Shown here: piece after piece, positions 48,748 to 63,529 of the stretch
How the letters are laid out: each line of letters opens with the position of its first letter
Numbering within the stretch: position 1 is the first letter of the stretch
Source: Somniosus microcephalus
Taxonomy: Eukaryota
NCBI GenBank assembly: GCA_052327205.1
Contig: CM126220.1
Coordinates: 52,018,001-52,082,000, forward strand
Direction of reading: 5' to 3'
Length of the DNA: 64,000 nt
Program-made: the position numbers and the translations under genes
The notes under the pieces: generated by a model
The model's input: the letters and a program-made list of their open reading frames with translations, nothing else
Told to the model about the DNA's origin: nothing
The model's database searches: none

Positions 48748-51234
48748 TCTAGCAGTGATTAAAAGACAGCAATCTAAATGGAATAATCAAATAATGTCAA
48801 AAGCTACAAAAGTAAAGTTTGAGCAGTTTAGTAACTGCTATCTGGATCTGCAAGATGGCAGTTCAGTCTTGGGATCAGTGCCTGGTATCAGTAATTGTTC
48901 CTGATAAATGTACTGTCTCAGTTTTATGTTCTGGGGAATGTCATTATCTTCTTAGTCACTTTTTCTATTACCACTGTCAGGCTGCCACTTGATACATGTT
49001 GACATTCACACAGGGAGATTAATGAACGTGACATTAGTGCAGGTTTATAATGAAATGACTTGCAGCTGAATGCAGGTACCTACTATTATGTTGTAAAACT
49101 TCCCTAGCAGCATGTTGCCTATTGGTTGTCTAAAAATTCTGTAAGTTCCACTAATTACCGTCTCTTTTATTGATCCTTTCTGTTTATAGGTGTTTAATTA
49201 TTTTTTAACATCTTGATTATTTTCAGCACATTCTTCCCAATCAGTTCATGTAACTCTACTTAAAATTCCAGCAGTATACTTCCAGCAGCTATGATTTATT
49301 ATACAAAATTATTAGCTGCATATATACATTTTATTGATTTTTTTTTTACACTATATTTGTCAGCTGGAAATGTTGACCATTCCCTCTAAATGGGTAATGC
49401 CAAGCAAAATCGCTCCAAATCAGCAAACAAATTGTATTGTGGCTGAGGAGATGTTCATCCTGATGACATGAAGCACTGTTATTACCCCCAGGCTAATACC
49501 ACGTTTTTTCTAACAACCTATATATTACTGTGACAGGAATCTGCTATGCAATAAGAAGAGCAATTCAGGAACATTTTTCTAGCAGGAATTTGTGATCAAA
49601 AAATAGCAACCATTTTCTGCTTTTTAATTGTAGTGGAAAATTTTCAAAAATGTAAATATTTCAGACCATTTTAAATGATTGTAATCTGGTAGATTGTAGT
49701 GAAGAACTCACGCGACACAATATTTTCTATTTTTATTTAAGATTTCCAGCATTTGTATTTGTTTTTCTTTTTTATCTCTAGGAGTGTATACATGGAAAGG
49801 GTTTTGGATTTTCACTGCCCGTTCACTTTGAGAGAGCCAGCACCAGCATGATGGGCTGATTGGGATTCTTCTCTGCTGTAGGATTCTATTCTGTGATTAA
49901 CAGACGGGTTCACTTCATGGGAAGTTGACTCAATCAAATTTCTTGAGTGGTGGGAAGTAATTCTGCATTTTGCTTGTGCTTGCCACCTGTCAGAATTTTA
50001 ATTACACTTACTGGTAAGTTTAATAAACAGTAGGACCCTATAAAAGATCTTGTCAGGACGAGTATGGCTTTCATTATAAGCAGTGGTGTGAGATTAAATT
50101 GTATGTTTTTGATTTAGAAATAAGCTGTCACAGCTGTCGGAGATATGTGTCGAGGAAGGTCGTATTAGATAAATTGTCTTTTCTTTCTTTTGTGTCTTCT
50201 TCGACACCTGTCTTTGACAGCTGTGATGGTTTAGTCCTAAACATATCAAAGCCGTTTAATCTTGCACCACTACAAAGAGGTTTTATTTTATGACAACCAC
50301 CTGTAGGGCACAGAATCTTTCATGGGTTGCTGATGGGTTTTACATATAAGCAAGTGCAATAACATTTTACTAAAGGTGAAAAGTGCCATTAGTGGAGTAT
50401 ACAATACACTTCTACTTTGGCCACTAGTTATTAGCATCTGTCACTTCTGTGTCAGTTAAACTGAGCTAAATACAAAGTTTGACTCCATCTACTCTGCCAT
50501 AACAATGTCTATTCTGCTTGAGCAGCGCGTACTGGCTTGATGGCAAGTTATGAATATTGTGCTGTGGGCTCATGTGTACGAGGGATTGCATTGAAGCTGC
50601 ATAATCATTTTGCTTCCCCATTAGAGGTAGGGGGCTTTCATTCCACCAGTGTAGTGAGCTGGATTCAAACCCAGGTTCTAAATGTGAATGTGGTCAATAG
50701 AGTTTGGTGCACAAAGGTTCCAGCTTACATTTTTGATAAAAGAAAGCGTCTGTAACAGGATTATACATATTGGAGTTGTTGTCTGGACAGTCCAGTCTTT
50801 GAATAGGCTTTCTTGGAATTTCACCAGAGATCAGAAGTCTGCTTTGTAAAATAAAAGTTTTTTTTTCACTTTCTGTTGCCTTGCAATATGATGCGTTTAG
50901 CTATTGAGTAAGGTTTTCGATGAATTTTCATAATCAGCAAAGCAAATCTAACACCTGAAACCGTAATCCCTTCCTGCCTGCTGTTCAATTTTCTGCTTGG
51001 CAAAATGCAGCCTCCCTATATACACTTCCTCACAAGTGGGTAAAAGAGTGCTAACATTTTCTTTGTTGTTGTTTCTCCGTCACTGATAAGCTTGAGAAAC
51101 CTGCCTGAGGTCTGCAGATAGTGATACTGATAGTGGGACTCATGAACTTGGAAAGCATTTGAATAAATGTTCAATACTTCTCTAAATTTCTTTATAGAAA
51201 TACAAAATATCGAAACCAAAACGTAATACACATT

Positions 51235-51880
51235 CTGTTTAACCCTGAGCTGATCTCTTTCCCCCACATTGGGTACATTCCCAAGATCACCACCTTCCAC
51301 TTTCAGAACATTAGTTATTCACTTACACCACCACTCCACCAGTCCCAGTTGTGAAATCTTTCATGAGTGCCATCACTTCTTAAGGATAGATTTCTCAAAT
51401 GCTTGCCCTCACTAGCCTGCACCCTGCTTAAACTTCATCTAATCCAGAACTCTGAGGCTGCACATCCAATACCCCGACCATTCCCAGCTTCTGTCTCCTT
51501 AAAACCTAACAAATTATTTTGAACATCCTCCTCCTCCTCATTTTCCACAGCTTTACTAAGCCGTTTGGGAAATTTTCTCCAGCCATATGCCCTAGCCCTC
51601 ATCCTCCGTTCCTCTGACTCTAGGTTACATTTTGTTCCCTGCGCTCTCAGTTTCACTATCCAGGTCAACCTTTCAGCCATTGCATTGCCCAAAACCACTT
51701 CACCTCTCTATCTTATTTCCGACCTTTTTAAAAGCCTTCTAAACGCCTATCTCTTTGGTCTCCCGTCCCTAAATTCCTTCATTGCCTTCTCAGTATCCAG
51801 CTCTTTCCCTTTGTGAAATGCTCTGATGTGTGTTTTTTAAATGAAGGGTGCTATATAAATGCAGGTTGCTGCTGCTGTTA
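51235..51880 (+). mobile_element. Old L2 3' fragment
   Basis: Pyrimidine-rich decayed L2 C-terminus (atccagaactctg) with tail gtgctatataaatgcaggttg. Confidence 0.65.
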
Positions 51881-52429
51881 ATAACAAAGAATGAACCTTG
51901 CTCCATCAATTTATCAAGGCTATAAATCTTTTGAAACATTAGCTCACTTTGTAAGTTTAATGCTATCACCACACGTGGTGCAAGCTACTATCTGCTCTGC
52001 TGCGAGATTATCTCAGTACCTCATGTATTTGATCAGGGCTCGGGCCTACCCATTCTGGTGCAGGAATCACTCCCTGTGCCCAGTTCGTGCCAGTAGGCCA
52101 GTGCTATCTAATTTCACCTCCTTATTCTTATCCTGTCTCTTTTTTTAAATGTAATTCAGTAACGCTACATGAATCTTAATTCCCCTTCCTTCTCTATTGG
52201 ATGTGCTGAAGATTATCACTAGATATTTTCTTTGTTTTTTGTTGCAAATCTGCAACCTAGTACAGTAAACTCTTTAACTTTTAACTGATTTTTTCCCCAC
52301 AATTTCCACCTGCTCAGGTGGATGCTGCTAAGATTAGCGCTATGTGCTGTAGCGTTTGCTACAATGTACTACACTTTAATGACTGCTATGTACAAAACCA
52401 AAGTAAGCTGGACTATTACATACATTATA

Positions 52430-52525
52430 AAAACAGAAAATGCTGGAGATACTCAGATCAGGCAGCATCTGTGAAGAGAGAAACAGAGTTAACATTTCAG
52501 GTCGATGACCTTTCATCAGAACTGG
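52430..52525 (-). mobile_element. Solo Penelope pseudo-LTR fragment
   Basis: aaacagaaaatgctggagatactcag...gagttaacatttcaggtcgatgacctttcatcagaac, homologous to 17812-17911. Confidence 0.8.
52487..52523 (-). ncRNA. Minimal hammerhead ribozyme motif
   Basis: Minus strand AGTT-CTGATGA-A-AGGTC-ATC-GACCT-GAAAT-GTTA-ACT with a perfect 5-bp stem II. Confidence 0.68.
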
Positions 52526-55500
52526 ATATTTTGTATTACATACATTATCTGTGCAGAAGTGATTGGGGCTCAGTTTTTGCTTTAAGATCTATCGATACAT
52601 TTAAATATATACTTAACAGGAACACGATGAAATGGAATGGATTGTAAACAGTAAGCTCCAAGGAACAAACTTTCCTTGATGATTGAGCCATCCTAATTAA
52701 ATCCTAAATATTACAGAAATCATGTAACTAATTTTGGCACGATCATATTCCTTGATCTTGGTGATGTGAGTGAAGGATATCCAGATGGTTGGATTGCATT
52801 ATGCAAGAACCAATAGTTTGGCAGATATTCTCCAAGCTGATGTCATGGTAGTATTTCATTACTGAGCCTGCAGTCAGGGGTAATTATACTCTGTGTAAAT
52901 GTGAAGTGAACAGTGTCTATGAACCTTTTTGTACTACAATGTAGAACTGAGAAAATATTTCTGATTTTTGGGGATTTTTTTGATAATTTCCTTGCTTTGA
53001 ATTATCTTTGTTTTCAGTATGAATGCATTTGTCTATTTATGGATTATTCAAAGCCTTACTTCAATTCAAAGCTGATCTAAAACTACTAGTTGGCTCGATG
53101 AATGGACACATTTGAATTGCTTTGATTTGTGAATTTGATGAGTGTATTTACTGTTGAATCACACTTCTGAAAATGATGCCTGTTAAATGGAGCATGTATC
53201 ATAATCTAGCTGAGAAAAGATATAGATTTCTTGACACAATGTGTATAATTATTGAACAGCTACAACTTCAAACAAATTGCTTATTGATTTACAAATATGA
53301 AGCCTTTATAGGGCCACCAGAGTAATGCAAACAGCATTTTCCCAATTAAAACCAAGTCTGATTTAGAAATGTGGGTTTCTTGCAAAGGGCCATCTAAGCC
53401 CGTTTTAAATAAAACATTTACCTTTGTCCGTGTACCTCCTTGATATAAAATCCAATTTAGCACCATGATGGTGACATTGTTTCTCATCATGTCACACTTG
53501 CCTTGTTATAAGAGAGTATTTAGTGCTAAAGGATTTTAATGGTGATGGAAAATCTAGGAGAGTATTTTAGTGCACAGGGACATGACGGGAGCCCCATATT
53601 TGGCTTGGGACACTGGGCTCACACCCTGTAGGCCGTGCATTAATCCACTCCTGCTGTAGTTATTCAGCAGTTTAGCTGAGCACATTATTGAAACCGTTTT
53701 AATGGGAAGGCAAACGGTGCCAGGGAATTGGGTAACAATACAATAAAAACAGCCTATTTTAACTTTTTGGCAGTAATTCAATAACTTACTTTACTACACT
53801 GTGCACGTACTCGTATTGTAATTTGTGGAAATGCGCTGGATATTTTTTTTCTAAAAAAAAAAAGCCCCCTGAAAACAGAAATAAATGAAAAGATGGAACC
53901 ATTATCTTCAGTTCTGTAAATTCCTATGATGGTGCAAAATCATGGTCGTACTGTAAAATACTGGACATTGGTGCGATTGCACACAAATTCACAGCAAACA
54001 GTGAGTTCCAAGACTTGGTATGTGTTGCCAGGTAGTAGCCAATCACAGGTTAGACAGTTCTACGCGGGACAGAAGGTAGATTCAGCTCTTGAGTAACCCG
54101 AAGCTGCCGTCAGCCACCTCCAAGCAGCCAGCTGATGAATGGCATTGGTGCCTGCCCGATCTGTTGGTTGTGAATTAACCCGTGTCTTTAAGGATTACAA
54201 AGCAGATAAAATGTGAAATTTGAGGAAAGAAAGAAGAAATACAAGGGCAGAAAATCTGTATGTAAGGTTGGTGATGTGATGAGGAGCTAAATGAAACTCA
54301 ACACTTTTACAAAATCAAAGATAAGAAGGTGGGGTAAAATAGGCAGAAAGTGTTGGAATATTGGGACAAGGAAATCAAACATCTAATTGAAGTGTTTATT
54401 AGGATATTATGAATTATGTCAATTACTGTACTACCATTGTATAATTGGATTTGGGCAATGTCTGGTAGGATGACACTCACACTATCTAAGATCACACACA
54501 ATTAGCCATTTGGGGCAAGATACCAGAGACTTGCCAGCACTATGGGATTTTTGTGGGAAATTTAGATGTGCAGTTTCAGTTTCCTGCCTTGGTTTATGCA
54601 CTGTACAATTGCAGAAGTACATCTTCCTAGCTCAGAGTGCTTTCTGAAAAGTGTGAAATAGTCTTAAAAACTGTTCTCCAGTGCACGCTTGTTAAATCGT
54701 GTTGTACGGATTGATGACCAACTTTCTCCAGCAGTGCAGGCTTGCAGGTTAAAATGGGATAAACTACAATTTTTAAAATTCAAACTTATTTCAAAAATGG
54801 GTTTTTGAACCTTAATCTAATTGCATATCTCTTTTTTTCCTTAACCCGAGTAAGTTCTGTGTTTTTTTTGACAAACACAAGAAAAAACCCTGGAGGTAAA
54901 CATTGGATCATCTGTTCCATATCTTGAGGATGTTGTGTTAATGGCTGCTTCAGAATAGCTCTGTTTAACCGGACAGAGAATTTTGGTTCTAAATATGTGA
55001 TTGGATCATTTAGATTTGCATATCCAATCAAACGACTCTGTTACCACACAGCTGCTGCCGGGTGAAGTTGGTGCAGGTGCCTGGATCGTCCTACAGGGAA
55101 AAATTAGGGAATCACTGACATCACTTTGATTGTCAGGCAGCACAATATTTACTAACTCTGTTTAGCACATGGTTATGTTTATTTTCTAAAACGAATGTCT
55201 TCATCATAATAAGAGAACTTAGGACTGATTCAAATGTGGAACAATTAATTTTCTGTTAGATATAGTCTGAACAAAATATAAAAGTATTTGAGGGAAAGAA
55301 AGTAACTTCTATTTTTATGTAAAGCAATATATATTTAATACACTTGGTGAAATTCTGCCATCCTTGCAATTAAAACAGATGCAATTTGGTTACAACATGG
55401 TGTTCCAAACCCTATTGTTTTCTATTTAATCCTATTTTTTCTTAGTTACTTTTTCATTCACCTTTTTAAGTTGCCCTATATCCCACACCAGTCTTTGATT

Positions 55501-57237
55501 AAGAGGGTAGACAGTCAACTTGTTATCAGTACTCAGTCAGTGTTGCTTTGTAACCAGATACTTTGCCCTCTGAATGCCTCATCTCGACTTGGCACTTTCC
55601 CAAGATAATTCGGTTACTCAGCGGTGAGTTTGGGCTTCAATGTTGATCAGATAAGATATTTTGATGAAAAATGCTTCCCCTTTGAACAAAAAGAAATGCC
55701 AAATATACATGTAGTGTGTAACACCACTAGAAAGATACCAATTTATTCAGGTGACTGGATCAGTAAATTTGGTTTATTTTTGTTGGTTTCAAGTTGACAT
55801 TTTTAGAGCAAAATCAAAACTCAGATTGAAGTAAGAGTCAATCTTAAAATGAATATTCTGTTTGGCACTAGTACAGTACAGCGTGATCAGATGTGTCTGC
55901 TGCAAACTTAACAGATAGATGTTTTGGCTTGTGTTCAAAGATTACATCATTTAAAATAAGAGTAAAACCGCTCTTCAATTTGCCATGCATTATTCATACA
56001 CGCAAGTTGCCTTGTTATTCTTCCTCACCATTTACTGTATGAATTATTTCATAATTTTTCCTCCCTGGACCATACTTCAGAGTCATTGTAGACCCATCAA
56101 CTACACTTGAGTAGTGGGTTTCCAATCAGCCTCCTGTCTAACAACAATGACAATCACAATTGTTGTTTTTCTAAATTTGCTCCGCAGATGAAGCATTTCT
56201 GTGTCCCAAGATAAACTTTTTTATGAGCAGCTGTCATGTTGCAGTACTTGACCTTTCTAAGACCTCAGCTGCTTGACAGTCAGGGATTACAAATTCGAAG
56301 TCAAGAAAGAGAACGTTAATGATTGGAGGCATTTAAAGGCACATCAGTGTGTCACCTGGGAGTTTTTTGGCAGACTTTATTCCAGGAACAGCCAGCTCCA
56401 AGATTTCCACTGCCACGCCACGCCATGCCTGTCAAAGAATGTTCTAACTGCAGCAGACACCATGTCTACCACAGCATGACCTTTATTTTGTATCTATTTT
56501 CCGTGAATGCTCTGACAAAATGATCAATTTGTAATGTCAAATTCAATTTACGAAACAATGCTATCTCTGCACTAATTGCATAACTTCTTTTTCAAGCAGA
56601 ATATTTAAATACAAAATCCTAATTCAAGCTTGCAATGTTCTCCAATTAATCCAGTTTCTATGGAGTGGCGCAATTCACCCCAAAGGCAGAAGCTCAACTT
56701 AGATCAGTTCTATGTAAAGTAGACGTTCTATTCATTTTCCTGAGTACGTAAGTGGATGAATAAATGTTCAGTGGCATAAATATTTCTGGACTATTTTCTG
56801 TGCTGATCTGAAGTTTATAGAAATCTTAATCTCAGCTAAACATTTTTTGGTGAAATAGTTTATCATGATTAGGCTGCAACACTATTCCAAGTTGTTAGTT
56901 GAGTATTTTGTTCTGCAATTAGTATTTTTTTTAAACTTAACATTTATCCGCATGTATTAGATGATACCCACAACAAAATTAAATAGGTCTATTACCATTT
57001 GCTATTTAAATCAAAAATGTGTACAAAGAACTATAGAAAAGAGGAAACTGGTTTTACAACTGTAAAACTGTTCAAATCATCTATTACTTACGATAAAGAT
57101 ACCTATTTTAACCCACCATGCCTAGCTGGAACAGGAAAGCCGTGCAATTAAAATCACCTCCAAAAACTTAATGCCCTGTCCCTGCTCTATTCCTGCCCAC
57201 TGGCGCTTTAACTGGGCCATTTTAAGTCTCATTTATA

Positions 57238-57510
57238 TAACAACAACTTGTATTTATATAGCACCTTTAACGTAGCAAAAGGCCCCATTTCGCTTCGCAG
57301 AAGTATTATAAGACAACAAATTTGACACCGAGCCACATAAGGAGAAATTAGGGCCGGTCAAAGAAGTAGGTTTTAACGAGCATCTTAAAGGAAGAAAGAG
57401 AGGTGGAGATGTTTAGGCAGGGAATTCCAGCACTTAGGGCCAAGGCAACAGAAGGCACGGCCACCAATGGTTGAGCGATTATAATCAGGGATGCTCAAGA
57501 GGACAGAATT
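57238..57510 (-). mobile_element. L2 3' fragment
   Basis: Reverse complement of a 48460-48747-type end. Confidence 0.85.
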
Positions 57511-57829
57511 ACATGCATCTTATACATGCAACTCGGGGGTCCTATGATGTCATTGGGACTTGAGGGCATTTTAACTGCCAGTGAGCGGAACGCCACTGCA
57601 GCTGCCCCACTCGGCAAAATCTGTAGGAGAAGAAGCAGAGGCCAGAAAATGTCAATTTTGAACTAATCTTTGTGGGGTCAGGAGGACTTAGCTGCGTGCT
57701 GGCAGCCAGCCAACTGCCTCTTTACGCCTGTTTCAACGGACAGGTGTCGGGCAGGATGTAAATAATACCCAGGCATCAAATTGATGACACTTGTCACACA
57801 CACCCGCCTTCCCGAAACCGATTCTCAGT

Positions 57830-57975
57830 TACAACAACAACTTAAATTTATATTGCGCCTTTAACGTAGTAAAATGTCTAAAGACACTTCACAGGAGTGT
57901 TAAGAAACAAACTTTGACACCGAGCCACATGAAGAGATATTGACCAAAAGCTTGGTCAAAGAGGTAGGTTTTAAG
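57830..57975 (-). mobile_element. L2 3' tail
   Basis: acaacaacaactt...tttgacaccgagccacat...aaagcttggtcaaagaggtaggttttaag. Confidence 0.8.
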
Positions 57976-58119
57976 TTAAACTCCTCCTCTAATATTTTGT
58001 TAGGTTGAATACACACAAAACTGTCGCGTTGAAAGCAGTTAATGCTGTGTAAAAATTAATACTGATTTTCTTTTGGTTAACAATACTTTTTCCATTTTGG
58101 GCTGTTTGTACAAGGAGAA

Positions 58120-58227
58120 AAGAGAAAGACTTGGATTTATATAGCACCTTTCACAACCTTGGGAGGTCCCAAAACGCTTTACAGCCATTGAAGTACTTGC
58201 AAAGTGTAGTCACTGTTGTAATGTAAG
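58120..58227 (-). mobile_element. Deu-SINE / L2-type tail
   Basis: Same as 14735-14850. Confidence 0.78.
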
Positions 58228-59282
58228 AGAAAATTTGAGGGCGAGTTGAGGTGGGCTGCTCTCGTGCATCTGCTAACAGTGAGTTACAAACTTATCGGAG
58301 CAGCTTTCTTATAAAATGGGATAGGTTTGCTGATGGTGCACATAAGGGGAAAAATAAAAACCCATTAAAATTCCTTCTTGTTTGCTTCTCCTTATCCCCT
58401 TAGTTGCCAAGAAACAAATCACCTACGTTGCACACAAATAAGCAATTCAATCACCCGTACAAATATGTGCACATTACCTCATTTGCCAGTGCTTCTGTGA
58501 TGATGCTTGCGCAGCTACTACTGGAGTATTATCTTGCATGGAATTAAAATGTCTATTAGAAATTGTAAAACTAGTGAACTTTTGTCTGTTTATTCAGAAG
58601 GTAAACTATTGAACACAATTGCAGATAAAGTGACAAATAACTAGCAGCTTAAAACATAGATTTAAAACTAAAATAAATTTTTAAAAATGGAATGTGACAA
58701 AACAGAAAATCCAGTTTTCTATAAACTCCGTCTTCAGCACTTTCACCTTTCAAATCTTGCTACAGAAGCCTGTCTGGTTACTATAGAATAATCAGTCTTA
58801 GACATCTCGGTTACTTGAAAACTGTTTTATTCTATTAGATTTGTAAATCGGTCTTGAATCAGTCCTTTCAATCCTGTGTAGTTATGTATTCACTGCAAAT
58901 GGAGGCATGTCACTGTTCAGTTGAGGTCTCCACTGCCAAGGGGAAATAGTTGTTGGTGGGTTCCAGCAGTTTTGGTGCTCAGTTTGTCATGAGAAGAACA
59001 GGTTTTTTCAGCTTCAATTTGATTAACACTTGTGTTGCTGACTGAAAGTAGGCATGGGGACATTGTTTTGTCCTTTGTGAATATTTACAATCAAGAACTT
59101 ATTCCCTGATGGCTGAGTAAAAGTTCATTCAGGCCAGCAAGCAGAAAACTGTATTACTGGACCATTTAAGTAGACATGGCCTGGACAGTTCATCTAACTA
59201 TAGCCAGAAAAAAATCAGGCAGCTAACATCTAAATTGCTGCTGCAGTGTTGTTGATTTCAAGGTTCAGTTTTAAAATAAATC

Positions 59283-60215
59283 CCTTCCTCAAAAAGACTA
59301 CCCATCATCCTTTCCAACTACCATCTCATCTCTTATGTCCCTTTTCTCTCTCAAGTCCTTGAATGTGTTGTTATCTCCCAAAATTGTTGGTTCAAAACCA
59401 TTCAGTCTGGCTTTTGCTTTCTTCAGAGCACTGAGACTGACCTGGCCAAAGTCACAAATAACATCTTCAGTGATTATGACAACAGTACTTTATCCCTCCA
59501 TGCCCTCCCACAATGTTTGATGCAGTCAACAATACTATTCTCATGCATCACTTCTCCTCCATTGACCAGCTCTGTGGGACTGCACTTGCGTGGTTCCATA
59601 CCTACCTGTCTGAATATAACTAGTACATCTCCAACTGTGGCCTCTATTCTCTTCCCACTCCTGCACCATCACCTTCAGAGTCCCCTAAGTACCCATCCTT
59701 GACCTTCTCCTCTTCCTCGTCTACATGCTGTTCCCGCTGTGACATCATCTGCAGGTCACATTCACTATGTTTGCTGATGACACCCAGTTCAGCTTCTCCC
59801 ATCACTTCCTTCGACCCCAACAACCATCTTTATGTTGTCAGACTGCCTGTCTGAAATCAAGTCATCGATAAAACAAAATTTCCTCCAATTAATTATCAGG
59901 ATGATCAAAGCCATAGTTTTTGTCTTTTTTTTGACACTGACTCCATCTCTCTCCCAGGCCACTTGAACAGGCTGAACCAGGCCCTACATAACCTTGGAGT
60001 CCTATTTGACCCAGAGCTCAACTTCAAACTGCATCTCCTATCCATCGCCAAGATCGCTTACATACTTTTCCATGCATTTGTCACCTCCTTGCCCGTTCTT
60101 CATCCTATATTAACTCCAACTTATTGAAATCTCAGTTGCCGATATCCTACGCTATGAGTTCCACTCGCTCATTACCCTGCTCTCACTGATCTACATTGAC
60201 TTTCTGTTCCCCCAG
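59283..60215 (+). mobile_element. Old L2 RT fragment
   Basis: Decayed homolog of 47240-48320 (aaagtcacaaat, tacatgctg, tttgctgatgacacccag = FADDTQ). Confidence 0.78.
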
Positions 60216-60423
60216 AATGCCCTACTATGAGTTTCGGCACGCACAGAACTTTAAACACTCTTATTAAGGATTGTAATACTATTTAAAACAATAAGATTTT
60301 TTCCGCTAGCAGAGCACTCGTGGTATTTTCTATTTTGAAGAGCTTTATCATTGTTTCCTTTTGTTGACAATGATATCATGATGCTGTAACAGTCCCCACA
60401 TTTCAATTGCGCAATGCTATTTG

Positions 60424-60659
60424 TTACATATTACATAGGATTACATAAGATATACAGCACAGAAGCAGATAATTTGGCACCAACCGGCGTTTCTGCTCCA
60501 CTCGAGCCTCCTCCCGTCTTTGCTCATCTATCAGCAGAACCTTCTATTCCCTTCTCCCTCATATGCTTATCTAACCTCCCCTTAAATGCATCTATACCAT
60601 TCACTTCAACCACTCCCTGTGGTAGCGATTCCACATTCTCACCACTCTCTGGGTAAAGA
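60424..60659 (-). mobile_element. CR1 3' fragment (same subfamily as 7455)
   Basis: ttacata tail repeats, acagcacagaa and cccttaaatgcatctata. Confidence 0.8.
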
Positions 60660-61138
60660 TTATTTCATCAATATTCACTGGTTATTTAATTCCATCCTGC
60701 ATTTTAATTGACCCACTATTACATCATATACCTATTAAATCATAGAAACATTGCGCATTTTACATAGTTCTGTTGTCTTGTCGACATGAAGCATACAGTG
60801 CAGTTCATTTATTTTTGAAAGCATCTATTTAAGTGGCTTTATCTTTGGGATAATTAAAACTGTTTGCAACTTGTAATCAAAGCAAAATCCCCAAAAGAAT
60901 GTTCAGGCTGTATTTTCAGATTCCAATAAATGTGAGTTAACAGTAGTACGATGAATCTACACAATCCCCACATGTAAAGTCTGGAACACAAGTCTCACCT
61001 AAATACATATAGTATTTTGTGAAACTGGAGGTCTGACTTACAGACATTGCGATCAAGTTTTTTTTCAGTTGGATACTTGATGTAGTACTATTGGGTGTCA
61101 CATAAAAATTCAATTTCAAATTCAAAAATATCCTGTTT

Positions 61139-61880
61139 TAAGAACATAAGAAATAGGAGCAGGAATTAGGCCACTTGGCCCCTCGAGCCTGCTCCGCCAT
61201 TGAATAAGATCATGGCTGATCTAGGGCTCAAAGCCACTTCCCCACCCGCTCCCCATAACCCTTCACTCCCTTATCTTGCAAAAATCTGTCTATCTCCACC
61301 TTAAATGTATTTAATGACCCAGCCTCCACAGCTCTCTGGGGCAGAGAATTCCACAGATTTACAACCCTCTGAGAGAAGAAATTCCTCCTCATCTCAGTTC
61401 TAAAAGGGCGACCCTTTATTCTGGAACTATGTCCCCAAGTTCTAGATTTCCCCACGAGGGGAAACATCCTCTCTGCATCTACCTTGTTGAGCCCCCTCAG
61501 TATCTTATATGTTTCAATAAGATCACCTCTCATTCTTCTAAATTCCAATGAGTATAGGCCCAAACTGCTCAACCTTTCATCACAAGTCAACCCCCTCATC
61601 TCTGGAATTAACCTAGTGAAACGTCTCTGAAATGCCTCCAATGCAAGTATATCCTTCCTTAAATAAGGAGACCAAAACTGTACGCAGTACTCAAGGTGTG
61701 GTCTCACCAATACCCTGTACAGTTGTAGCAGGACTTCACTGCATTTATACTCCAGCCCACTTGAAATAAAGGCCAACATTCCATTTGGCTTTTTGATTAC
61801 TTGCTGTACCTGCATACTAACTTTTTGTGTTACATGCACAAGGACCCCCAGGTCCCTCTGGACTGTAGCATTTTGTAATT
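61139..61880 (-). mobile_element. CR1 3' fragment with an open ORF2 C-terminus
   Basis: ORF 61228-61839 LYRVLVRPHLEYCVQFWSP...FFSQRVVNLWNSLP; tail aagaacataag. Confidence 0.93.
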
Positions 61881-63529
61881 GATTTGTTGTAAAATATAAA
61901 ACACTTTGTGAGGTACATCACATGCAGATCACATCCACCATTGTCTGGATTGTCCGATTTGTTTCCCTCAAAATGACTATTTGGATAGCATGTATCCATA
62001 TCACAGCTGCTTAGCCACTAGTTAGAAGCATGGGACATAATGCAAGGCAGATTATCCAGTGGCCTTTGAGGGAGGTAGCCTCAGTGAGGCAGACTTAGCA
62101 ATGGTGTCTGTTATGTGTGCAGTGCACATATGGTGCATTAAAACACAGAAATTACTATATCCTTTGTGTTGCTAGTGTGTCCTGCTATTGAGATTTGAAA
62201 GTACAGCCTAAAACATCCCTTTAAGACTGCTCAGTGCAAATGGGGACTATTGGCTGCTGAAGATCGGGACTGTCTAATGCAAGTGAATGTTGGCACAGAT
62301 TCACTGTGCTGTGGTCAAGATAAAGTGTTTAAAGTAAGTTGTCACTCAAATAGCATGAATTATAGCTTCTAACATATTCCTTTGTGTATATGCTAGTATA
62401 TAAAAACAATAGTTCGATAAAGGGGTTGCATAGTGTAACATTTTATGCACTTGATAACTTTTCTAAGTGCCATGTATGCATGAATAATTGATATTATCAG
62501 ACAGGGCAAGTAAAATGAATGTCATGTTTGGTCAGCATTGGGAGGGAGAAGTGGGCTCTGCTACTTAAAGCATTTTTCACGTATCCATCATCTGCACTGA
62601 GATGGCTAATGTTTTTATATTTCTCATTATGATTATAACTGAATCTAATGCTGAAGCTCATTTGGGACTTGTAAATTAGTCATATCTTATCTTTTCTTAA
62701 GTAACTTTTAATCTTGTTCTGATTGTGCAAATATTTCCAGATTATAAGTTCAAGTTGTTGTGAAGTTATCTTCAAAGCTTGCTTTTGTCTGCCAGTTGCT
62801 CGTAATTTTTATGTTGCTAAAGCTTTCCTGAATTGCAGCCATTTCATTCACAGATGTCACTTTTTGGTTGTGAAAGGCTATTGTTTAAACATAAAAAAGA
62901 GAAACAGTGCAAAGGAAAATACTTGGAGCCATAATGGAGGGGAGTTCCTCCTCGAATAATGGACATCGGCAGATAATCAAGTCCCAAATTTTGGTCTAAC
63001 CCATATGGTACAGGAGGACCCTAAGCATAGGAATGAAGACAGATACAATACAATTAACAAAAGAAGTATTATGTAGTGATGAAGTACAAATAAAACAAGT
63101 TGTGCAGTGAGATGATGTCTTGCACAAGGTTTAGCCATGCAAAATTTCTGATGGGTGATCAGGATGATAGATCATAAACATGTAGATAATTGAGGTTCCA
63201 TTGTAAAATTTTGCTGTACACTTCATTTAATCTTAGAGTTTTGTACCATTGAAATAATTATAGAGCACTGACTGCTGTCAAAGCTGTCTTTGGTGTCTAA
63301 TACTGTAATTTGAACCAAGCTTTGATGAATAATGTGTTTCTATTTTTGCTACACTTAAATTAATTTTGACAATTCATTTTTTTCACCTTTCTGTTGAGGT
63401 GGCACATCATTCACCAACTTTGAGAATAGGCACACAAACCTGCTCCCAGGGCTGTGCCAGTGGTAACTGGTAGGAATACGCAAGGCTAGCTAGACATGAC
63501 TCAACCTGGCTCCTCAACTCTCCTTTTTA

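Noticed and set aside
60937-61125. ORF with LG...DFTC resembling the next FBXW8 exon
   Set aside because: Wrong strand, and it lacks the expected SPPNL..GN motif; the next exon probably lies beyond 64000.
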